Below the pieces are notes generated by a model that was given only the letters and a program-made list of their open reading frames with translations, searched no databases and was not told where the DNA came from. The position numbers and the translations under genes were made by a program. Positions 25,205 to 35,916 of a stretch of 64,000 nucleotides of DNA are shown here, piece by piece (the first letter of the stretch is position 1; the number at the start of each line of letters is the position of its first letter). The DNA is taken from NCBI RefSeq assembly GCF_023055435.1, contig NW_025963968.1, positions 5,766,001-5,830,000 on the forward strand, read 5' to 3'. The stretch comes from Haliotis rufescens (taxonomy: Eukaryota).

Positions 25205-26280
25205 ACATTGTTTAATTATGGTTTTGGTAAATGTATGGTTGATGCAAGATGTCGGAGACTGTGATGTTTTTTATTTATACATTTAAGGAAAGAACAAGAG
25301 ATTTGTTTATTCAAGAATGGTCATATTGTATATCTACTTCAGCAAGGCTAGATTTATATTGCACTTACAAATCCTTACTACAACCTGAAAAATACCTATC
25401 ATCGATTAAGACTGTAACTTAAAAAGATCTTTAACCATATTTAGATGTTGTTCAAATGATTTTAAAACACATAAATATAGAATGTCTAGTGACCAATCTA
25501 TGCAATTTCTGTAAAGAAGACTTAAATGATGAATACCATGCACTATTTATATGTCCAGCTTATGCAAACTTAAGGTTAAGGTATTTGCCCTCGTATTATT
25601 ATCAATGTCCTACCCTGAACATGTTTGTATTGTTACTCAAAACAAATGACGACTGCATATTTATTTCAGCTAGCTCTTTATATTGAAAAAAATGTTTAAA
25701 CTTAGACATTCCAAAGCTAATATTAACTAAAGCGCTCTGTCACAATATGTCAAATGCTAGGTGTTGAAACGTCTACTCCCAATCATGTTGTGCGGGGAGA
25801 GTGTGAAAGATACCCACTGTACATTTCTGCGTATAAACGCTGTATAAAATATTGGTGTAAACTTATGTCCCTCCCAAATTCACGATATCCTAAGAAAAGT
25901 TAGGATATGTTATTTCAGCTAGCCACACATGGTAAAACTAATTGGGCTACAAAAGTCAAAACACTTTTATACAGCCTTGGATTTGGATATATATGGGAGA
26001 ACCAATATGTTATTTGACCTGAATCATTTATTTCCGAATGTGAAGATCGTTTAAAATTTGCTTACGAACAGGATTGGCATTGGTCTTTAGCAAATAGTTC
26101 TAAAATGTTATGGCGGTAAACAATGAAACTGTTATTAGAAATGTTGCAACTTTTATATACCATGCCATGAATGTTAGACTCCAAACACGAAGCCTATAAA
26201 TGTTAATGATGGACCATATATTGTACCATGGGCCGCTGGCCTACACATGTACATGAATAAAGAATTGAATTGATTGAATA
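25205..26280 (+). mobile_element. 3' relic of an RTEX-like LINE
   Basis: FIQEW...YKSLLQPEKYL...LCNFCKEDLNDEYHALFICPAY is homologous to the C-terminus of the LINE at 35988-37782. A 3' end gggccgctggcct...gaataaa followed by a gaatt repeat lies near 26230-26278. Confidence 0.7.
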
Positions 26281-26624
26281 TGTCAAATATTATCCAACCA
26301 TCTTTACTATTGGCCTCATGGCCAGACTATACAATATAAATTCTGTCCTGTTCTGTTTATAATTATAGTACGCCAAGTAACTAAACAGAGGTGTAGATGA
26401 AAAGCTAACCAAATATTGTTTCGTTCTCAAATGTTTATTATCAGACACAAACACCAACGATGACCTAGTGACATGTCAACCTCTGGTCAATTTTTCTTTT
26501 GAAATTATACCATACACAAATAATTAATTCAGACGCATCTATCTGAGACGTATCTGAGCCAATCATCCTGAGCTAACTGGTGGAAAGCTAGAGCACCGAC
26601 CAGTCATGTGAAGGCAAGATCACA

Positions 26625-28799
26625 TCACACGCGAGGCATAGGGGGCATAGGAGGCAGGTCAAGAGCCTCTCGGAGATGCATGGAGTAGAGGTCATAAGGG
26701 TTGTAACCATGGGGACCTCCAGCTGGTTTAGCTGCTGGTGATGCTGCCTTTACTGCTGCCGGTGCCGCTGCTGCTGCTGCTGCTTGTGACACAGCTACGT
26801 TGGGGTTGTTAGCGAGGGGTGCATTGTGGGTAGCACCTGACGCTGGGTGGCCTTGTTGTGGAGGAAGGTCTAGTGCCTCAGCGAGGTGCTGTGAGAACAA
26901 GCGATCGTACTGGTTCTGGTGACCCAGGGAAGAGGACTTGGAAGCTTGATACTGAGCTGCACCCCGGCTGGCAGGTGCTCCAAGGGTTTCAGCGAGCTGG
27001 TGCAAGTTGTGATGTCCTCCATAGTGAGGAAGCTCCATTTCAGCGAGCATGCTGAGTCTCAACATGTTGTCGAGGGCGTCGTATCCACGTTGGGAAGCAC
27101 CAGGGTAGAGGCCAGATGCAGCCCCTGCTGGAGAGTTGGGTTCTGGGATGGGTACCTGTGGGGAAGCTGCTGTTTTAGCTGGCGCAGATGTGGGGGCAGC
27201 CAATGGATCTACAGGGTTAGATAGGGAGAAAGGGTCTGCAGAGGCTGTGGTGGGATCAAAGAAAGGGTCTGCTGGGAAAGGGGCATTGAAAGGGTCTGCA
27301 AAGTTTGGGCCAGCGGCTGAGAAAGGGTCTGTTGGGGTAGGGGCATCGATTACGATTGAAGCAGGGGCTGGGGCGAGTGGGGCTTGAGCCTGTGCAGGGG
27401 CGGAAGCACCACGGGGATTAGGGGAGTCCTCCTTGATGATGATGATAGTATTCTGGGGGAAGGGTTGGTGTCTAAGTGTGTTTCTGTTGGAAGCATGTAT
27501 AGGCTGAGTGTCGTATCCTTGATCGATCTGGGAACCGTAGTGATCAGGTAGGCCATTGGCAACGACATACTGGGGCTGTGGAGCTGGGGGATAGACGTTT
27601 TGAGTTTGTGTGGCTGGGGGATAGACTTTCTGAGCTTGTGGGGCTGGGACATAGACTTTCTGAGCTTGTGGGGCTGGGGGATAGACTTTCTGAGCTTGTG
27701 GGGCTGGTCGAGCAGGAGCAACCTGTTTGACTTGAGTGGACTTGATGGCTTTTCCTCGGATTGCTCTAGTGGGATTGTAGATGACTTGACGTCCAAATCG
27801 TGGAATTTGACGGCGATTTATCAGTTGAATGTAAGGATTGATGCCATATGGGGAACCTGCAAGAAGACCAAAATGCAATGTAGGTACAAGCGACAACTCC
27901 ATATTTCATAATCATAAGAAATGTCGGCTAAAAGCAGAGTCCATTGTACGATTCCGACTACATCAGAAGTGATGATACCAGGTGTTCGCCCTAAGGTGAG
28001 CATTATTACTACCTTAGGCTAAACGCAGAGTCCATTGTACGATTCAGACTACACCAAAGGCATATGTTTATGGATCACTATCAGAAGTGATGATACCAGG
28101 TGTTCGCCCTAGGATGTGCAGGGGCGGTCGGGTAGCCCAGTGGTTAAACCGTTCGCTCGTCACGCCGAAGACCCGGGTTCGATTTCCGACATGGGTACAA
28201 TGCGTGAAGCCCATTTCTGGTGTCCCCCGCCGTGATATTGCTGGAATATTGCTAAAAGCGGCGTAAAACAATACTCACTAAGGTGAGCATCCTGTCCCGT
28301 CGGTAACACCTGTTGTTAAATTCTTTGACAGATTATTACAAAATGCAAATGGTAATACCACTGAATCGGCTGAGAACATTTTTCGTTCCGTATTATCTTC
28401 ATGCACATCCCTGAACTTAATATAGCTGGTACTCGAATTAATGAAAATCTTTTGATTTCTGCTCTCCACAAAGTGAGTGAGTGAATTTGGTTCAACGCCA
28501 TTTTGAACAGTATTCCAGCTATATCATGGCGTGTTAGTTTGATGTGGGAGGAAAACCGACGTGAGGTCTCCGACGTTTATGCACAGCGTGCGACGTCCTA
28601 GACGAAGGGGGAACTCAGACAGAATTATGGCCGCATCATGAAGCAGTTCCGTCGCATGCCAGCTGGATCTATGGACAACTCAGGAAACAGTATGTTCTTG
28701 ATGACACATGGTAGGAATGTACGTACCAATTACGAAAGCGTCGGTCACAAGACAGCAACAGCCTAGTACGGCCATGGCCAAGATGGTGGTCGTTCTCAT
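26625..28799 (-). CDS. Gene B: paralogue of gene A, secreted Pro/Ala/Gln-rich protein, 434 aa, complement(join(26625..27856,28727..28799))
   Basis: The 73-nt coding part of exon 2 is identical to gene A and the splice sites are the same. It has 4 decapeptide repeats and a reduced DPF block. AATAAA (minus) at 26434-26439. Confidence 0.9.
28121..28279 (+). mobile_element. SINE family 1 in intron 2 of gene B (absent from gene A)
   Basis: Full-length copy inserted in gttcgccctaaggtgagc. Confidence 0.9.
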
Positions 28800-29024
28800 A
28801 GCACCTGTTTGTTGTCCGGTAGGCTTTCTGAAAACAACACGTCAACAAATAAAATCAGTACTTGTTAATACTGACCGACCCAAGTGAGTCAGTTACGAGT
28901 GATTCAGTTATATCATGGCTCAGATCTTAAACATGTGGGAGGAAAGTCCAAAATTTTACCACTTTCGTAAACTCTCAGACACGTATATGGTACTGACAAA
29001 CCTCGAAACATGACCAGTACAACA

Positions 29025-29875
29025 CTTAACTCAACCAAGTAAGCAGATATATGTAGAATGGATGGGTACAAGCTTCTTTAAACACAGCACACTATATACC
29101 ACACGTGGTAATAACTTAACCCAACCAAGTAAGCAGATATATGTAGAATGGATGGGTACAAGCTTCTTTAAACACAGCACACTATATACCACACGTGGTA
29201 ATAACTTAACCCAACCAAGTAAGCAGATATATGCTGAGTGAGTGAGTGAGGTTTTACGCCGCTTTTAGCAATATTCCAGCAATGATATATATAGAATGGA
29301 TGGATACACGCTTCCTTAAACACAGCACACTATATACCACATGGTAATAACTTAACCCAAACAAGTAAGCAGATATATGTAGAGTGAGTGAGGTTTTACG
29401 CCGCTTTTAGCGATATTCCAGCAATGATATATATAGAATGGATGGATACAAGCTTCCTTAAACACAGCACACTATATACCACACGTGGTAATAACTTAAC
29501 CCAAACAAGTAAGCAGATATATGCTGAGTGAGTGAGTGAGGTTTTACGCCGCTTTTAGCAATATTCCAGCAATGATATATATAGAATGGATGGAAACAAG
29601 CTTCCTTAAACACAGCACACTATATACCACACGTGGTAATAACTTAACCCAAACAAGTAAGCAGATATATGTAGAGTGAGTGAGGTTTTACGCCGCTTTT
29701 AGCGATATTCCAGCAATGATATATATAGAATGGATGGATACAAGGTTCCTTAAACACAGCACACCCTGTACCACACGTGGTAATAACTTAATCCAAACAA
29801 GTAAGCAGATATATGTAGAATGGATGGATACTAACTTCCTTATATTCAGCATACTAAATACCACATGTGGTTGAT
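29025..29875. repeat. 90-bp minisatellite of gene B intron 1, with captured SINE tails and a 290-bp higher-order repeat
   Basis: Reverse complement of the gene A unit. Four units carry gagtgagtgaggttttacgccgcttttagc(a/g)atattccagcaat. Confidence 0.9.
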
Positions 29876-30089
29876 AATTACTACCAGAGTACCTTATGTC
29901 GTTATGATTCTACATTATCCATTAAGGCTAATTTGTAACTTTTCTCTTAGTGTATCGAAACATCTGCGTTAACTCGGTCTTGCGTTTCAGAAGGTCATAT
30001 GTACAAAGTATTTGTCCAAATATCTAGGACCATTAGGAGAAGAACTGTATTGGCGATATTAAGCGGCTGCAAGCAATCATTGAACTCAC

Positions 30090-30299
30090 CAGTTGCTGTT
30101 GTTGGTCAGCTGTTGACGAGGGTGGAGAAGGAATGATACTGGTGACGGCCGTCTTGGTTTATATACCTCCCTCGTCCACCCGTCAACAGTCATCGTGATG
30201 GGCCGGACAACGGAGGAGGGAGAGGAATCTATCACCTGTCACACAACGAGAATGCACAGTGTCCACTGTGACGCAAGACAGTTCAATGTATGCATTGTT
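30090..30299 (-). promoter_or_regulatory. Gene B promoter and non-coding exon 1
   Basis: Near-identical reverse complement of 17038-17247. TATA at 30158-30165, donor after 30090. Confidence 0.8.
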
Positions 30300-31150
30300 C
30301 CTTTCAGGCTCCTTTCTGCTCCATGTAAATAATGTCATTGAAAGCGCTGTATGATGACACAAGATCTGTGAGACACCCTGTAAATATTTTGTACTGTGTA
30401 TGCAGACAAGTCATAGGGGGGAAGTTTTGGGGATCAGTCAAATCTTTGGGAGAAGTAGTGTTCGACCTTTTCACAACCTAGGCGAAACATCCCCTGTATA
30501 CACAAGAGAATTAAAACAGTGAAGTAAAGTTGTTTTTAACACATGGGAACAGTTTCCAAAAGCGGTTTCGAATACCATCAGGCCATGGCGCCGTATTTGA
30601 TTTGGACTTTTTAATTACCCTTTTCAGGCAATCGGGTGTAATGAAGCACAACAAAGGTGACTTTACTTTGGCATGTACGTCATTATTGTAGTCCTCTATC
30701 AATGGTTCCACGAAGTTGTAGTTGCCGGGTATAGACCACAACTGTTTCCAAAACCTTTCACTGGAAACCATTGTTCGTCTTTTCTCCAACAATGGTCTTA
30801 ACTGCCATTGGTTGCATCTAATTGCCTGTAAAACTCATTTTCATTAGACTTGAACAGTTTATTTTGTTTTATGAAATTGTTTTTCTTGGTCCACCTTCCT
30901 TTTTCTTTCTGTCCAAGCCCTTAACTTTGCCCTCAGAGAATCCTTAGTTTGACTTAGAATTTTCTCTTTTGTTGTCTTGTATTTTGTTTTTAATTTTTTT
31001 CGAAATCTATTTTTGCCGCTTAGACATTGATAAATTTGATATCTTTCCTTGTTTCTATTACTTTATTTGGAACCATTTCTTTCTTTTGATGACTTTGGGT
31101 AGTCCCCTTTTGTGGTTCATTGTCTTTGGAAACTGTATGGAGATCCTACA
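30300..31150 (-). mobile_element. R4/Dong-like retrotransposon RT fragment
   Basis: Minus strand encodes QNKLFKSN, RFWKQLWS, TAPWPDGIRNRFWK and GRTLLLPK..DPQNFPPMTCLHTQYKIFTGCL...EQKG. It is cut off at 30300. Confidence 0.75.
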
Positions 31151-31904
31151 TTGTTCGAGCAGCAGCACACCTCATACATCAGCCCCGAACGCTAAGATTC
31201 GTTTTAATTTAAAATAAAAGCAACAAAACACTTTCCATATTAATTTGAACCAAAAGCAGAACTAAATAAACATGGTAAGTCAGCTGGTATGTTCGATGTT
31301 CTTTTCTTAGATTGCCGCTTGCGTTGAATGGAGAAAGAAATATATATTTATATAATTTTTAGCTACACTCATTTGATTCTCGTCATTATATAAACATAAG
31401 AAATAGCCAAAATTGTTTATCTTGTTTTTTCATATTATATATATTAATTATAATACATGGTAATATATTAATCTGATTTTGCAAGCGAGCTTTAGTGCTA
31501 GGAGCCACACAGGCATCAACAAGTAACAGTACAAGCTTTTAACAATGTCTGAGTGGTACTGTATGTCACGTGAGCTGCTTGCATTTGTAAGGTAAAGAAA
31601 TACAACAGTAAAGGACTGAAAAAATAGTCCTAGTTTAAGTAAAAGGGACAAAACCCTTTCCATAATTATCAGAAATATCTCTTGAAAGTCCATTGTACGA
31701 TTCCGACTATATCATTAGCATGTGTTAATGAATCACTATGAAATAGGGAAAATACCAGGTGTTCGCGAAAAGGTGAGCGTACCCTACATCACCAGTGGCA
31801 CCCATCACAAACACATACACAGGCAACGTAAGTGTTCCATTTCACAAACAACAGAAAATACGGCACATACAGGGACATAAATACACTACCATCTGCTACC
31901 CTTC

Positions 31905-32330
31905 TTAATACAGAAACAAACACACAATCATAGCTCCCCTTCTCACATACAGGAACATACACACAATCATCTTTGCCCTTCTCACATACAGGAACATACA
32001 CACACTCATCTTTGCCCTTCTCACATACAGGAACATACACACAATCATCTTTGCCCTTCTCACATACAGGAACATACACACAATCATCTTTGCCCTTCTC
32101 ACATACAGGAACATACACACAATCATCTTTGCCCTTCTCACATACAGGCACATACTCTGACAATCATCTGCTACCCTTCTTATATACAAGAAGATATAAA
32201 CAAAAAAATCGCTACCCTTCTCAGTTACAGGAATATACACACACAACCAACTGCTACCCCTATACACACACTCATAATATAACAAACAGGAACTTACTCA
32301 CACAATCATCGCTACCCTTCTAGGACACAG
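31905..32330. repeat. 39-bp minisatellite (acatacaggaacatacacacaatcatctttgcccttctc)
   Basis: Five to six near-perfect units plus degenerate flanking units. Confidence 0.9.
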
Positions 32331-33228
32331 GCACATACAAAATATCACCGCAACCCTTTTAAAAGCGGTACCTTTGTGTATAAAAATACAAGATGACACG
32401 GGTGATATTTTCATCCAATTCAATTCTGTGAATACAATGAATCTATCAAAACCTTCAGGCACATACATACACATGCACGTATACACCCATGACCCTGCTA
32501 CCCTTCTTATGTGCGCACACAAACAGAAATCATTTGCTCTGTGCGTGTTTTTTTCTGAAGGATAGATTTGTCAAGGCTTACTTAAGTATTTTGAACCAAA
32601 CTGATTTTCTTTGCAGATGTAAGTGGAGACAAATGTATGTTAATAAAGATATCTTGGACACGGATTCAGATGCAGATATATCGTCTCCTGTTTGAAAATT
32701 CGATCGTCTTTACATATTTCAACTGTACTTCTTTACTGTGTCATAGAACAGAAAGTAATGGCCGGGCAGTCCGATAATTGTACTAACAAGTTTAAACACT
32801 TTTCCATAAGTATGAAAGTGACAATTTCAAGTTGGAAATCTTATAAAATTACATTCAGGAATCATTCATCAGCTGTATACGATGTCAACATTAAAGCAAT
32901 TCATTTTTTTATCTTGTCACGGGTTGTTCTAGGCAAAACTATAGTTTTAACACACTGTGCATTCCTTAAAATCTTTGTATGACAGGCACTCGTGTAAGTC
33001 ACTGTCAATGAATATGTAATTGTAGTTAAATCTATTGATGAACCTGTAATTGTTTTTGTCTAAATTCTGCCTCGGGATATTTTCATCTCGTTGATGGGTA
33101 CAAGGAGGCTTGATTTATGATGGACGTCTTGTCACATGTAAGAACATCGTAACATTTCATTATTACGTCACAAACGAATTTGACTGTCCAACCAATACAG
33201 GCATGGTATTGTCAGGGTAAGTTGCATG

Positions 33229-33356
33229 ACAGTGACCATTGTTACGTCACTGTGTCACGATGCTCCCTGAAGGATGTCCGGCTGGTGTATAAAAGTATTC
33301 CTCATTTCTCTGGACACCATCATTCTCCAATTGTAGCCACAGAGCAGCAGCAACAG
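33229..33356 (+). promoter_or_regulatory. Gene C1 promoter and non-coding exon 1 (equivalent TATA boxes at 41413, 46403, 51571, 56738, 61906)
   Basis: TATAAAA at 33288-33294, Inr-like TCATT at 33320, donor cag|GTGAGC after 33356, CRE-like site upstream. Confidence 0.8.
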
Positions 33357-33499
33357 GTGAGCCAACTGTTTGTTATATTTTCTTGTCAATTTATCTTTTC
33401 TTGTAAACCGACTGTGGAGTCTAATATCGCTTGTATACTTGATGTGATCACGTGTCATGTTCTTCAGCATCCTTATATTATTGTGTATTAAGCACCTGT

Positions 33500-34018
33500 C
33501 CGTTAGAGATCGCCTCGTGGAAACAGCGGAAGGTCCGGGCTTCGATCCTTGGCCGCGTCACACCAAAATACATAAAAAAAAAAGATGATACTTGTTGTTA
33601 CCCTGCCAGGCGCTCGGCATTAAGGGGCTAAAGCAAGGAGTGGTCGGCTCGGAGTCACTATACTGTGTCTGAGTGGGGTATTCATGTCAAGGGACGACCG
33701 GGTAGCCTAGTGGTTAAAGCGTTCGCTCGTCACGCCAAAGCCCCGGGTTCGATTTCCGACATGGGTACAATGTGTGAATCCCATTTCTAGTGTTCCCCGC
33801 CGTGATATTGCTGGAACATTCCTAAAAGTGGCGTAAAACCATACTCACTCACTCACTATTCACGTCAAACTGCGGCAATGCCAGTGGGCTAGCACTATAA
33901 AATCGGCATTAGTCCGGACTAGTACAAGAAAACACACACAAACACACACGTGCATACATGTCACTATATGAGTGCAATAATTTTGAAAGCGACATTAAAC
34001 CCCATTTTACCTCACCAC
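33500..34018 (+). mobile_element. SINE family 4 with a nested family-1 SINE (33691-33857) in intron 1 of C1; equivalent in every C copy
   Basis: TSD attcatgtcaa (33680-33690) / attcacgtcaa (33858-33868) around the inner SINE. Confidence 0.8.
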
Positions 34019-34288
34019 CTGTTCGGGAGATCTAAATATATGTGTGCGAATGTGTCATTTGTTAGCTTTCATAAAATCTCAGTCAGTAAATGTAAATAGT
34101 AAACTCTGAACCAAAGCAAATATAATGGTCGACTAACCATTAATACACCTCGAAGTGTGTTGTCATTATGTTTGTTGATATAACTTGCATTAAATATTAC
34201 TTTTCAATATACTATATCATCTTGCATTTAACATTAATGTTCGTTATACATTCACTTTTACAGAACAGAAATTACAACCACCCGAATC

Positions 34289-35130
34289 ATGAGGACGGCT
34301 ATAATTCTACCTGCTGCCATCCTGGCCTGTTTGTGTGTCATAAGTGATGCCCGTTACATTCGTAAGTATTGAAGTCAATCGCATCGTCAAACTCATTACC
34401 CGGAACAAAAATATGAAATTTATGAATGTCACTCAGCGTCATTTAACTACTCATTACCTCTAGCAAATAGTGGGTATTCTACCTTATTCCTGACTGTTGA
34501 CCTCCTATTATCAGTGTGTTTTAACAATGAATCGTTGATGGAAATCGTTATGATTTTATTGTCTCCATCCTTCTGGACTTTCATGGGCCATACACACCAT
34601 CATGCATACCTCTGAGGAACTGACGGCAGAGGACCAGTATAGTTAAAGCGTTGGCTGTTCAATCCAAAAACTTGGAACATTCTGGGACACCCTTTCTTTT
34701 GGGATCGTAGAAGTAATGTTGCCGAAAACGCCATACTCACTCACTCTAATACCTAAGGGATTTAATTCCAGGTGCTTCAGGATTGCAAGTGCAGCCCAGG
34801 ACTGTCAAAGGGTATGCCAACCAACAACCCAGGGTGATTATCATCAACCAAGACAGACCTAGGCAGGCTGCACGGGCACCTGCTGCTGCACGATCTGGAT
34901 ACGCACAACGACACGACAACGGATACAACAACTTCCTCAACGACTACCTCCTTGCTGATGCCCTTGATATCAACCATCCCGGTCTATTGCACGGCTTCAA
35001 CCAGATTGCCTCCCCTTACGCCCCCTCCGCCCGTAGAGGTAGAAACAGCTACGACCCTCTCTACGCTGCGCTCATCTTGGACCAGCTTGACGCTCAGCCA
35101 ATTGGAGCCAGCTCCGCCATCGTTGGTTAG
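34289..35130 (+). CDS. Gene C1: small secreted protein, 143 aa, join(34289..34361,34772..35130)
   Basis: Signal peptide MRTAIILPAAILACLCVISDA, donor GTAAGT at 34362, acceptor ttccAG before 34772 in frame with the 115-aa ORF, AATAAA at 35223. Confidence 0.9.
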
Positions 35131-35916
35131 ATGATGTGCTTTTAACGAAACATGTTTTCTCGGAGTGACATGAGACGGAGTTTTTGAGATTATGCTTTTG
35201 TGAAATGGTTTCTGTCTAATGAAATAAAATGTTTAATTGACTACCTTGCATTCATTGTTATCGATTGTTCCACCACACTCACTGTATCGGTATGGTCTTG
35301 AATGTATGTATACATATGTATATTTATATCGCACTACTTGTAAATGGGGTGAGAATATTAAAGAGAATTTCATCGCACCGAACACATCATACGAACATAC
35401 ACTACACACTATGAATGAACAGCACATTGCACATTAAACATTATTCATTAAGGTCATACACTACAAGTTAAGTCAAAGCACGTGATGCAGGGAAGATATA
35501 TGTACATATGCTCACACTTATAGACATAGATATGTTCAGTGCATTGGTATACATATATATATATATATAGATATACATATAGACATGCCTATATTTTATT
35601 GACATTAGTGATAAATACTTTTCAATTGAAGGATATTCGCAGTAGTATATTTATATACATAATGTGCATATTCTATTTTCTCTACTAACATTGTGCCATT
35701 GAGTTAAGCTTAAACCGTGGTTTTCAGGTAATGATGGTATGGTTCAATGATTTGTAACTACTTAAACATAAATAATGATAATAATAATAATAATAATAAT
35801 AATAGTTCTGTAATACTACACATAATTCATTACACACCATGCATTGCACTTATATAATTACACACCATGCATTACACTTATATAATTACCCACTCTTAAT
35901 CACACTACCGCACTCT

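Noticed and set aside
33180-33491. 103-aa ORF repeated in every array unit (MTVQPIQAW...), and other repeated spacer ORFs
   Set aside because: It has a non-ATG start and spans the promoter, exon 1 and intron. Its conservation reflects only the recent duplication.
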